From Perkinsus chesapeaki ATCC PRA-425 (taxonomy: Eukaryota; Protista; Perkinsozoa), in assembly GCA_013115145.1 (NCBI GenBank), contig JAAPAO010000101.1:13817-77816 (forward strand): a stretch of 64,000 nt of DNA. Direction: 5' to 3'. Under the pieces are notes generated by a model that did no database searches, was not told where the DNA came from, and was given only the letters and a program-made list of their open reading frames with translations. A program made the translations under genes and the position numbers. Below are positions 50,631 through 62,200 of the stretch, piece after piece; the stretch's first letter is position 1; the number at the start of each line of letters is the position of its first letter.

Positions 50631-51290
50631 TGCTTGGAGAATCATAATTTCACAATAGTAGCTATTTCCTCCTCTTCGATAGTAGTTTTTAATAATGGCG
50701 CCTAGGGCTGCCTGGTCATCAGCCGATGTAAGCGGCGCTCGCATGCATCTAGAATTTCTGTCGGAATGCCAATTCTGCCCGTATATAAGTTCAAAGCCTT
50801 TTACACTGCCTCTCATCATCCTTTACTGATTCCACAAGTAACACACCATCTCTGTGTTGTTGTTTATACGGATAGAGCTGGGGAAATCGGTCCGGTATTT
50901 TTGGTGGATAAGGTGCATGGTGTTCTCAAAAGCTTCTTGAAGAGAGATTTCACACTGGCGAGCATTTAGCAACCCTTATGGTGTTTGAAAGGCTCTGAAA
51001 CAACAGCTTCGGCATGAGTGTATAATTGAAAGTTATACTGAATATCCCTTAGCACATTTTTCGGCTGGGAAACCCTGTATTTGCCGAATGAATCCAAGTG
51101 TTGCCTTACGCGTTATACGAATCCAATCTTCGTTCATTTCCTCCTCTAGGGTAGCAATGGATCGTCTACGTGCGAATCTTGGACTTAAGTGTGTACCAGT
51201 TATTGGTGAATATGGGATAGATGCATTGCACCGTCACACCGATCCGCATTTTAGCAAGTTTTGCCTTCACTAAGGCTGGCTAGTTTTCCC

Positions 51291-52607
51291 ATGTCTTCGT
51301 CTCTTCGTCCCGACCGTCCATCTTCATCGGTAATCTTACGCGGTGTTACATTATATGATATTATGAAGTATTGGCCATGGAGAACATCAGTTAACTTGAA
51401 ACATAAAGTTTGGGATAGGTTAAGTTGTAAAGCCGAAGATGTTACTGATTATGATATATTCCTAAGTCATGCCTGGGAGAGTAATTGTCTGCTGAAGGCG
51501 GCGGCTCTTGCTGTCCGTCACAACTCAATGAAGGCAGTGTTAATATCACTTTTGGTATGCTGGCTTTTATGTAACATCGATGTACCTGGTTATGTTAGAC
51601 TTTCCGTTCCATGTCTCTGTGCAATAATATGTGTTCGATGGGGTTTCTTATTGACACTCGGAAATAGCCCACGGGTCTTCTTTGACCGATGTTGCATTCC
51701 GCAAGATGCTCCTCACACGAAGCTTGAGTGTATACGGTCTATCCCTCATTATTTACAACATTCCAAATCATTTGTGTTAATGTGGGATAAACCGTTCACG
51801 ACTCGTCTTTGGTGTATGTTCGAGTTCGCTCTGTTCACCAAGACCCATGGCTCTCATAAACTGGAGGTATGGAATCTAATGACAATGAGGTTTGCATTAT
51901 TTGTATTTGTAACTTCATTTACTTTTTGGCTTTGTCATGAAATATTTGACAATTTTATTCCAGTTGGTATCATTGATATCATATTTGCCGTCTCGAGTGG
52001 TTGGTATGCAATAGTTTACTTTCTTCCGAAGGGGGAAGAATGTGTCGCTCTCGGGCTCAACCTTAGAACGGAGAAGCTTAAATGCTCACTAAAGATTGAT
52101 AAAGATGCTCTGCTCTCCCAGATTCGTGATCTTTATGGGAATTACACCAACTTCAACGTGGAAATGTCGCGGATATCGGCACGGGAGTCGCGGAATTTCA
52201 CGAGTATGCCGTTCGCGTCTGCAGTGATTATGTTGTGTATTTTTCCATCAACTTTGGGTGCTTTGATAAGCGGTCAGTTGTCCGTATCCGCGGTTGTGGC
52301 CATGTTCCCTAATATCGTAGATTTCGTGTATACCATCTTAAAGAAGAGTTCATTCGGCAATTGGTTGTCGTATATTAAAGTGGCTCGGCTTCGTCGGCTT
52401 TTGATATCAACTGCTACTTTGTGCATGTCGTTTGGTGTACTATGGCTTGCTCGTCATCTGGACGCTGTATACGGTCCACAATCGTCGTCGTCATCGTCTG
52501 AGTGCTCGGTGTCCATGAGTTCATTTTTAGTGGTCACCCTCACCCATGTTATGTTGTGTGCTACACTTGCCACCCTTCTTACTCGGCTCACGTTCACTTC
52601 ATCGTGA
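51291..52607 (+). CDS. TIR-domain multi-pass membrane protein, intronless, copy A
   Basis: DYDIFLSHAW (betaA), RVFFDRCCIPQ (betaB), CIRSIPHYLQHSKSFVLMWD (alphaB/betaC), FTTRLWCMFEF (alphaC with Glu, codon 51822-51824). Two hydrophobic segments lie between betaA and betaB, and about six more follow C-terminally. Confidence 0.8.
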   Translation: MSSSLRPDRPSSSVILRGVTLYDIMKYWPWRTSVNLKHKVWDRLSCKAEDVTDYDIFLSHAWESNCLLKAAALAVRHNSMKAVLISLLVCWLLCNIDVPGYVRLSVPCLCAIICVRWGFLLTLGNSPRVFFDRCCIPQDAPHTKLECIRSIPHYLQHSKSFVLMWDKPFTTRLWCMFEFALFTKTHGSHKLEVWNLMTMRFALFVFVTSFTFWLCHEIFDNFIPVGIIDIIFAVSSGWYAIVYFLPKGEECVALGLNLRTEKLKCSLKIDKDALLSQIRDLYGNYTNFNVEMSRISARESRNFTSMPFASAVIMLCIFPSTLGALISGQLSVSAVVAMFPNIVDFVYTILKKSSFGNWLSYIKVARLRRLLISTATLCMSFGVLWLARHLDAVYGPQSSSSSSECSVSMSSFLVVTLTHVMLCATLATLLTRLTFTSS

Positions 52608-52849
52608 ATACGAACTGCCGCTGCCAAACTTCATACGGGCATCACCCTTGTGTAGATTGTCATCATCAGAAACCAGGAAATAGCGGATTGACGTTTTCAA
52701 TGGTTTTCAGACACATTTGGGCGTTCTACGTTTCGGAATTACGAGGATACTTTAAACAAGGTTAAACTGTTGTGTTATCTTTGTCCTACTTCGTCGGTTG
52801 GCATTAGTTGGTGAGAATATTCAACAGTAGCAGCAGCAATGGTAAAGGA

Positions 52850-54600
52850 TACGTCTTTGTCAAAGCGTCAGTTGGTAGAAGTCCTCCACACTGCGAAGAC
52901 TAATAGAGAGAAGAATCGTGCGGCTAAGCTACTAAAGAAGTATGAAGCTGCTGCTGCTGCTTTTTGTTGTTGTTCCTGGCGCCGTCCCGGTATAAGTACT
53001 TGTTTCTAGGTTTGATCCCCAGCCACACTTTGAGTACGATGAGGAAGCTACCAAGCAGAATTTGAGGTTGAAGAAGTCGGATAGAATATTCTTGTAAGGG
53101 TTATTTACATAGGGGCAATTTTGAAGATAAAGCTGGTAGGGCTTTATCCATCGGATAGTTATCGGCTTTATCCATCCGGCTCCACCAAAGCGGATAGTCT
53201 GGTTGGGGCGCGTAGGGCATTCGAATACTAAAGGATTGGTGTTCTAACTAACGATGTTACGCTAATCGTTACATTATTTCTTACTTCACTGGCGTAGGGG
53301 ACTTTGCGACGATTTCCAACACCGGCTAAAGATGCGATTTCCAAAATCTCGGAAGAATACTGTACAAGCGCTGCTGCCTCTAGTCGGTTGGTCTGGCGGC
53401 ATCTATATTGCTTTTACCATCGTTCCATGAATGATATAGTGCATAATGGTAACGCAGTTCTTAACATACTCTTTTAGTTACATGTGCTTTCGATGCGATA
53501 GAGTGAGACAATGTCAAGCTAAGGTACTACCGATACAAAGCTGTTGTTATTCAATGTCTTCCTCACTCATTTAGGGTTCCTTCACTACCAGTAAAGGCGT
53601 TAAGACTATCTGCCCAGGTTGCTATAATAATTTATTGTCACAGGCGGAGGTAAGTCTGCGGCAAAGTTAGGGTGGGATGCTGCTGCTGTTCATTCAGGTG
53701 TCTCAACTGCGTGCACATCACCAGAAGCTTGGGCTCACCCCAAAGGTTTTGTAATTAGTCGGGAACCGACCACAGTTTGATGATGCTGCTCGATTGTGAG
53801 GATGATGATAAGCTAAACACCGGATGACTATCTGTATAAAAGCAACGGTTACAGTACACTCATCATTATCCCTGTTGTGTTCGCCAAGTGGGTGATGATT
53901 GCCTTCTTTTGTGTTGTTCGAAGTCTAATATAATGTCTCAAGTCTACGAAGGCTTCAATATCCATGCGCAGTTAGATCACTTGCACGTAGGAATATATCG
54001 ACTGTATTATACTCTTTTGCAGAATGGTTTGGCTCTCAGATGCGTTACCCTGGCACTGGTCATGCCGACATGGGTCGCTATGAATGGGCCACGATAATCC
54101 ACAGGTAGTAGTAGAGAAGAGGTGAGCGGCAGAAATGTTGTGTTCTTTAGAGATACGATGGCATCCCATGTGGGACATCAATCGAGGCTTGCGTACATTG
54201 CTATCTGCGAGAACGAGCCGATCGCAAGAGTGAGGTATAACTGTCTCATGGTAATACGGGGGTATCTTCACTCCTCCCACCTTTCGACTGCGTAATAGAG
54301 CTTGTAGCGGCATCATGCCACTTAGTCAGCTGTACTGTACTGACACTTGGTATAACATAATAACCATTTATGGGAAGGTTCAGTGTGAGCTAATGGGAAA
54401 CTTACGCGGTTGCACGTGACAATGTGCAAAACTGTTCTGATCTCCAAGAGGGTTTGAAATAGAACCGATGAAGCATCTTTGATGACCGCGTACTGTCTTT
54501 TGGATTGATGGGACTCTATGTCCGACTCTACGTCCGCGGGACGTCCGTCCCGCGCCGGAGTCTCGGCTGAATCCAAGTTTGTGCCCAGTATGGACTCCAT
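52850..54600 (-). CDS. Multi-exon hypothetical protein
   Basis: ATG 54600 MESILGTNLDSAETPARDGRPADVESD..LHIVTCNR followed by a GTAAG donor; further splice-bounded segments run down to a hydrophobic C-terminal QILLGSFLIVLKVWLGI. Confidence 0.35.
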
Positions 54601-55738
54601 TTCATGGAGGAGCCACGGTCAGTGAGGCTAGTCTGGCTCAGATCCCAGCGAAAATAGAGCTATAAGGCTGGCACGAGCACTGTAGTATACTTGAAGGGCA
54701 AGTGGATTAATCGGTAGTGGATCATCCCAGAGCTATTTGTAGCTCGGATCCACAACAGGGGTAGATAGGAACTGCAAAACAGGGGCACACTGCAGCCCTG
54801 TTGAAGCCGTTCGTTTTACACGTTTTACGCCGATATCACGAGATATGTAAGCCCGCGGCCGCATACCAAGGAATAGTGCAGCTTATCACGGCGTTATTGT
54901 CTCCCAAGAACACCGCGCATGTCTTCCACTAAGACAGCGAGACTCGCGCGGCGCGGCGTGGTTTGTCTTGGTGTCTGCCACCAAAACGAAAAACGCTAGT
55001 GTCGAACATGACCCATACCGCAACGCGATGAGGAGGCATCACTCAGCAAACATTACACGAAGTACACGGTTATGCGTGACGCTTCCATGTTGTAAATCGT
55101 GTTGTGATAAAACCAACACTGGTTACAGGCGGCTGGTATGCCAAGGACAACCGAAGCCGCTCACGTTCCTTCACTCGGACACAGACCCAACAACCCCAGC
55201 TGCTGCCAATAGCAATAATCAGGACCGTACTGCTAGGAATGGCAGCTTACAATGGGATGGCAGCTTTCAGCGCAGCATTGAGAGAAGAGTTCAATCGAGG
55301 ATCTGGGCTACGCCAGAGTGCAAAGGCGAAGCTCAAGACGAGGGCCATGCCCGAACCCAAAGCAATTGCGTGGTCGCAATGGGGGCGCTTTTGCGCATAA
55401 AGGGCAGGAAAAAGTGAGAAGCTCTTCAAAGGGCAAGTCCGTATCTTGTGGGTATCTGTGGTTTGAGTGTCTGGTGAGTCGGTGAAGAAGACACACACTT
55501 AACACATGGGAGGGTCTCTCTCAGAAAGGTGGACTTCTTGCCGCCGGTGCCCCATTGCGCCCGAGGACTTCCAGTCGCGACGTTGAAGCGTTGGGGATTT
55601 GAGCTGGCGCCGTGCACGTGGCACCATTGAGCGGGCCGCGCACAAGGAATAACTGCGTTGTCGCCCCCCTCCAATCCTTCGTGAGAGCCACCGCCAGTTT
55701 ATAGTATATATCTGGCGGGAAGCTGGGAATGACTAGTT

Positions 55739-55779
55739 GCCAAGCTTAGTTCAAGCCAAGCTTAGTTCAAGCCAAGCTT
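55739..55779. repeat. 16-bp tandem repeat (about 2.5 copies)
   Basis: GCCAAGCTTAGTTCAA x2 followed by GCCAAGCTT. Confidence 0.9.
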
Positions 55780-56716
55780 GAAACATCCTAATGCGCACGA
55801 AATACTGTATTATTTTTGAAGGCACGAGTTCGTGGGGGGAGTCGTTATCGATACGTCCGTTGATACTATCGGTAAACTATGGCCGACTCTGATAGCACAC
55901 TCTCGAAAGCTTATACAAAGCAGTGCTTAGCACACTGTGTTGAATGTGCGCATTCAGCCCGTATCCACTGGGATAACGCAAGACACATATTTCGAATCAG
56001 AGGGGAAACCTTCAACCCGCACGCCGGAGTGCGGAGATACTGAAACACAGTCGGACATGTGAACTCCCGAGAGGAGAGTTTAGAGATGGGACGGGCGATG
56101 GGGCATATGTTGGATAGTGATAGTAGAGAGCCACATAGAGAGACTTCCTCGACTCGGACGCGGCGAGTGGACAGCAGAAACTGCGGCGCGGGGCGAGCAA
56201 GCACCCTTGTGCCGGACTATTCGCACAGTGTGCAAACACACTAGCTAAATTGCACAAAAACCTTAACGTTTACAACAACAAGGGAATGTAAGTACTCGCA
56301 GCTACATGTGGCCGAACAGAATCGATCTTCATCCAATATAACAGGCTTACAGCTGCTACATTACTAGCCGAAGCAGGGATACAGGAAACTTCTACTAGTA
56401 CCACGGGTTGGTTATGAGCATGCGTGGTCGAAGTATGCATGCGCATTGTCGCTGGAAATGGTTATTTTGAATATTTGTATTCTCGGTTGGTTCGCTAGAG
56501 AGTTCGTTGATCATCGTTTTTTTCAGAGTATGCTGCATCCTATCACACGACCCGCGACAAAAGAAGAGCGTGAGAAAATGGAAACCAACAATTAATGTTG
56601 GTTGCTAAAACGATGAATTAGTGGAAGGGATCGTGATGATGATGATGAGACGATATTATTAATCACAACCTTTCCTCGCCTTTCCGATGTGGTCTAGTTT
56701 CCTCCTCGTTTTGTAG

Positions 56717-56727
56717 TTTTTTTTCAG
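56717..56727 (+). promoter_or_regulatory. Polypyrimidine tract plus CAG, 19 nt upstream of the ATG of TIR copy B: candidate trans-splice (spliced-leader) or 5'-UTR intron acceptor
   Basis: TTTTTTTTCAG at 56717-56727; ATG at 56747. Confidence 0.45.
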
Positions 56728-56746
56728 GTTGGCATCTCCCTTACCT

Positions 56747-58039
56747 ATGACCACTCCTTCTATCACACCTTCTGGCCGTGATGGCACATCTTCATCAGTA
56801 ATCATACGCGGTATTACATTATATGATATTATGAAGTATTGGCCATGGGGAACATCAGTTAACTTGAAACATAAAGTTTGGGATAGGTTAAGTTGTAAAG
56901 CCGAAGATGTTACTGATTATGATATATTCCTAAGTCATGCTTGGGAGAGTAATAGTCTGCTGAAGGCGGCGGCTCTTGCTGTCCGTCACAACTCAATGAA
57001 GGCAGTGTTAATATCGCTGTTGGTATGCTGGCTTTTATGTAACATCGATGTACCTGGTTATGTTAGACTTTCCGTTCCGTGTCTCTGTGCGATAATATGT
57101 GTTCGATGGGGTTTCGTATTGACACTCGGAAATAGCCCACGGGTCTTCTTTGACCGTTGTTGCATTCCGCAAGATGCTCCTCACACGAAGCTTGAGTGTA
57201 TACGGTCAATCCCTCAGTATTTACAACATTCCAAATCATTAGTGTTAATGTGGGATAAACCGTTCACGACTCGTCTTTGGTGTATGTTCGAGTTTGCTCT
57301 GTTCACCAAGACCCATGGCTCTCATAAACTGGAGGTTTTGCCATTGATGACAGTAAAGTTCGCAGTGGTTTTCTTTTTAACTTCTTTCTCTTTCTGGTTA
57401 TGTTCTGAATTATTTAGTACTACTATTCCAGGCGTTATTATTGATATCATATTTGTCGCTTCAACTGGTTGGTACGCGATAGGGTATTTCTACCCGCAAG
57501 CCGAAGAGAGTGTTAATATCGGGTTCAAGCTCAAAGTGGAGGAGCTTGAATGTTCGTTGAAGACTGATAAAGATATCCTTCTATCATATGTTCGCAGCGT
57601 TCATGGTAGCTATCGTAACTTCGATCGAATGGCCGACCGTATTTGCCGAGATGTCGTTCGCAATTGGGGTCAGCAACCGTTCCTAATTGCACTTACATGC
57701 TTATCGATTCTCCCTTCAACTTTAGCTGCCCACATTACAGGTGGTTTTATCACGTCCGTTATCATTGCTACTCTTCCAAATCTAGTTTGCTATATTTACC
57801 GTGGACTACTCAGCAGCCGTATTTTCTACCCGCAGCCTCCGCCTGCCTATATAGTGAGTGTCGCTGCTTGTTCAATATCTTTCGGAATTCTGCGTCTAGG
57901 TCGGTGCGTCGATGCATTCTGCTTCGGCATTAACGGTGTTGGTAGCTGTAGCTTTTATATTTACATAGTAGTTATTGTAGTCCACGTTGTGTGTTGTATG
58001 CTTATCGCTTTTGGTTTCACACGCTCAACATTTTCCTAG
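56747..58039 (+). CDS. TIR-domain multi-pass membrane protein, intronless, copy B
   Basis: Same TIR motifs as copy A (DIFLSHAW, VFFDRCCIPQ, RLWCMFEF with Glu codon 57290-57292); diverged hydrophobic C-terminal half. Confidence 0.8.
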   Translation: MTTPSITPSGRDGTSSSVIIRGITLYDIMKYWPWGTSVNLKHKVWDRLSCKAEDVTDYDIFLSHAWESNSLLKAAALAVRHNSMKAVLISLLVCWLLCNIDVPGYVRLSVPCLCAIICVRWGFVLTLGNSPRVFFDRCCIPQDAPHTKLECIRSIPQYLQHSKSLVLMWDKPFTTRLWCMFEFALFTKTHGSHKLEVLPLMTVKFAVVFFLTSFSFWLCSELFSTTIPGVIIDIIFVASTGWYAIGYFYPQAEESVNIGFKLKVEELECSLKTDKDILLSYVRSVHGSYRNFDRMADRICRDVVRNWGQQPFLIALTCLSILPSTLAAHITGGFITSVIIATLPNLVCYIYRGLLSSRIFYPQPPPAYIVSVAACSISFGILRLGRCVDAFCFGINGVGSCSFYIYIVVIVVHVVCCMLIAFGFTRSTFS

Positions 58040-58093
58040 CCTATACGTCGCTAACTTGAACTACTTACTGGAACGCCTACAATGTGTTAGTGC

Positions 58094-59152
58094 CTAATTC
58101 TGAGGCACCAGGAACAACCTACTAGTGGCTATGTGGCTTGAAGTACTATTGTTCTTTCTTACTACGAGAAAAAGCTGTGCTCGCAAACGGGAGTATCTGG
58201 GTAGCAAGTGTACAGGAAAAGCTCTGTTGACATCATTGTAGTCCATCCTCGGTAGTGTCGACAGGATTAAAACAATCAAGGTAGATCACGGTCACCGGGC
58301 TTCTATCTTACTTTAATTAATATTAATATTCAGGTCCTTCCAAAGCGAGAAGAAGTGTTCGTTTGACAGGCTGCGTTTCTTCGTCTTGTGTGTGATTACC
58401 TTACCACGATTAGCAGTATTTTAATATTGTTCCCTTTTGTAAGACGCCACCCTCGTGAGTATGCATCAGCATAACCACTAGATGGGTTTCCCAGGCTTTG
58501 TTGGTCTGTGCTGTGGCTGTAAAGTGTATGGGGCAACTATAATAAAACAAGAAACGACTTATTTGATCTATTCGTTCTAAATCCTTTCGGATATGTTGCA
58601 AATCTTTACTACCAGTTTCCATATAGACCAAAATCCCTAGTTGTAAATGAATTAAGCGGGTAACTTCTTCTACGTTTCCTTCTGCTGCAAGTCATCAGAG
58701 GTGCTACCTATTCTTACGATGTTGTGCTCATGAGGCCTACCCCTCAACTGCCACCTTCTGTCAATAGGGGCCGGCGTCGCCGCCCATCCAACTTCAGACG
58801 AACGAGGCGTAACAGCTTAGAGCGGGGGGCCACCTGTCACGCAATAGAGGCCGAGTTGGGGTAGAGTTCACAATGTATCGGTGGTAGCAATCGGATATTA
58901 TTAGGCGTATAATTTCCACACCCCGGAGTCCGAGCACGCCGTCAACAAGGCCTGTAACTGCTGTGACACGTTTGTGTTCATCGAGAGCTGGAGAGCTCGC
59001 AGGGAAGGTGAGCCTGGTTACCACTGTATCGATTGCATTCCGTAGCTCAGAGCGAAGCAGAGATCGTGACTTGGAACCGTACAGGGCTTCACAGTAGAGT
59101 TCATCCTGGCAGGATTTGGACACCTACCAATAGCCAAAGTAAATGGAGACAT
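58094..59152 (-). CDS. Multi-exon hypothetical protein
   Basis: Open minus-strand segments LRSELRNAIDTVVTRLTF..IIRLIISDCYHRY, VYMETGSKDLQHIRKDLERIDQ and ILSTLPRMDYNDVNRAFPVHLLPRYSRLRAQLFL. The start codon is uncertain. Confidence 0.4.
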
Positions 59153-59265
59153 GGTGATGACAAGGAGGAGAAAGAAGAAGAAGCCAACACGATCACGCTT
59201 CAAGAGTAAGCAGCTTCCATCGCTCTACGGGCATACCTGTTATTTCGGGAGTCTTTAGATTATAT

Positions 59266-62200
59266 GTGCGAGAGTGTTTGAACAACGCTGAGTCTCGAAA
59301 GCAGCGACTCACGAAAGCATTGAGAGTTGCTGGGGTGTGTGATGACCTTCGATCTCGCGATGCAACGGGGATGCCTTGGGAGCCTTTTGAAGAGGATATG
59401 ATTGGGAACCGAACTCCAGCGGAATGGATGAGCCTCTGTATGGGAGCTGACGGCATATACAAACCTCTCAAAGGTAGCTTCTAGATATTAGTGCTGTGGG
59501 CGAAAGACATTGCACATTTTGGTGACGTGAAGGCCGAAACGAATAATTGAACAATTTATATGCAGTGACGATCTGTTACTCCTAGTATTACTCAGTCAAT
59601 AGCATCATCCCACAGCTACCGGGCCATTGCATGAATTCTATCTCGTATATTCCCTCAATGATTGCATATCATCGGCTGAGTTCTGAAACCACAAAATCTA
59701 ATCTGTGAAATGAGGATCTTGCTATTAATTTCTTGAAACTTCCTTCCTCCCCAATCCATGCTGCTCAAGGCAGCAGTTGCGCATATTCGAGTGGCTACTG
59801 TTTTTTAAACTGTGTAGGTATAGCTTTGCTTCATGACAGCTGGGAAGAATGCCTTATATATGGATACGATCCCGACCTGCGCAAGTTTTCCGTGAAACCG
59901 TTGAGGTCGCATAGTGCGGTCGATGAGCTTTTATTGCCGGCTTTTGACCTAACCATCGATGGCGAGACGCCGGAGGAGTTTGCTGAGCGAAGGAAGTCAC
60001 TTCGTCGACGACACATACAAGCTGAAACGCTCCAATTGTAAGCATTGGAGGTTGCATTACTTTTAGTAAACCCCAACCTCGGGCGGCGTGAACTGTTCAG
60101 TTTTCGGCTTCAGGATTTTACAGGTCGTGCGTTAGACGACCATATTATTAGCACTGACAAACCATGATGGTCTTTAAGCGAAAACACACTGAAAACTGAT
60201 AAAACTCTTTGCCATCACCTGTAATACGTTTCTTGAGAAGATAGAATCTTCCCTCGCCAAAAGTGACGAGCTATCTATCTCGTGCGTAAATAACTATTTG
60301 TGGGCAGTTTTTAATAAAAACTTAATAAAACAAGTATAAAAACTTTTTATACTTGTACTTGCCGAAGAGGCAATACAAGTCAGCAATAAGTCTTGAGCTT
60401 GAGCTTGCACTAAGGTTGAAAGAGTGTACACAGTCACTGCTTAAAATGTTGTTAACTGCGAAGGTTTCAAGCACTGGTTTAATGACGCATGATTAATGCT
60501 TATGATTTAGTAAATTGTTTTATAGCACTCCATTGGATCTCACTAATAGTGTCTGTTCACTGGCGTAATAGATACCATATGCTCATCAACAACATGCCCA
60601 CATTTGAGACCCATCCACATTTCTGGAAGGCATCCACTGCTGTCTCCGGGGACATGCCTCGGCAGTTATTGCAAAACATCATTAAGAGAGTCGACGTGGC
60701 TGGGTCTACTCGAAGTAGAGCTCGCGTTGCCCCCTGGCGTGTCCGTCCGAATCGTTGCTCTTCAGTGGCATCGGGCCTTCAGTCACGGTCTGCCAAAGAT
60801 ACTTGGGCAGTTCTTGAGGGCATACTGTACGAGGCGAGGTTGTCGTTCGCAAGGGCGCATAACAGTATTCTGCTGGATGATCAACTGGCATGTCTAAAAC
60901 GGTGAGCGATTAAGCGAGCGTCAGCAGTGAACGATAATTCCACTTTTTAGGAAAACCACATTGATGCGATACGATGGAGGCTCGTCTTTGCCGCGGTACA
61001 TAAGAGGAGTTCTCGTCGCCTTAAGCAGTCTTTCTAAGAGTTCCCTCTCACCCTGGACTTCACCACGCGATCGACCTTTCTTGTAAGCAGTGGGCTGTTA
61101 TAGGTCTATGACAACCGTGTTCCCATTAGATCCTCCTCTGCCTCCTTTCAATACTTTATAGAGAAGTTGTCTCACAGCGCGCCCCGGGCATGGACTGGAG
61201 TTAGTGAGCTTCTCAGCAAAGTGGCCGCGTTGAACTACGAGGTAAGCCCAGCCATGTGGTGCATCTCGGAGCAGCATGCCAGGTCGAGGGCAGCTTGGCA
61301 GTTTTCTCGTATCCGAGCGTATCGGAGAACTGTGGCCAGCCCCCGGGTGTCCAGGAATACAGACGACGCGCGGTAAAGCATGCCGGTGATGCGACTATCA
61401 GAATTCACCAAAGGCTACCACAGGCAATACAAAGAGTTCTGCTGAATGCTGTCGACTCCGAGGAAAAGGGGAAGCTATCGCTGACCGCTGGCAATGTGAA
61501 CAGAGCTGTGAGGCTGCGAAAGGTGTTGAAGCTTGTGAGGTTCATCACCGAAGCCACACTGGAGAGATGTCTCTTACGAACTGTTGGCGATTTCGTGGAG
61601 ACGGTGACGATTCATCGACCCTCTCCATTGTTCACTGTCAACCTTGCAATGGTTGATGATGGACGCTGCCCGAGGGTCGGCTTGGCCGAGGGTGTTGCCT
61701 TAGGAGCTGCAAAAGCTATCATGGATACTTTTGATGAGTCACTGAGTGTTTTTCATGAGATAATGGGACCAGAGAGACTTATCATGCTCGGCTTGGAAGC
61801 GGCCGAGCTGGCCTCGTGTAGTGGGCGACTTCGTGATTTTTCCGATGACAATCGAATAGACGTGGTGTCGCGCAACTGGGGTAAGATTGGCGAGTGGCGT
61901 GGAACTGTCGAGGAGGTTGTCAATGAAACGGTGAAGAAATTGGAAGAACATTGCCAATCTATGGCTTGGCTCGATAGCCTTTGGGTATCCGACCCTCTTG
62001 ACACTCCAGTCCTTCCGAAACAACTCACTGAGCCCAACTGTCATACCAGACGATTGGCCGATTTAGTCCCGGAGTCGATAGCAGTTGCTGTCGAATACGA
62101 TTCGACAGCATCATCTGCGTTGGAGTTCTTCGATTGTGATGCTCTCAACGAACTGCTCAGCATCTCTCCCAAAAAAGTTGCTCGTGGTTTCGATAGCTGG

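Noticed and set aside
51244-51258. CCGCATTTTAGCAAG as a relict spliced leader marking retroposition of TIR copy A
   Set aside because: Too degenerate and short to distinguish from chance, and not present before copy B.
51291-58039. TIR genes as bacterial contamination or a Thoeris/CBASS operon
   Set aside because: They are flanked by spliced eukaryotic genes, have no partner defence genes or Shine-Dalgarno-type layout, and copy B has a splice-acceptor-like site upstream.
59733-59830. GYCFLNCVGIA suggesting a histone deacetylase
   Set aside because: No HH motif at the right spacing and no DxHxGDG; the downstream frame matches a dynein heavy-chain N-terminus, so the match comes from an intron or off-frame read.
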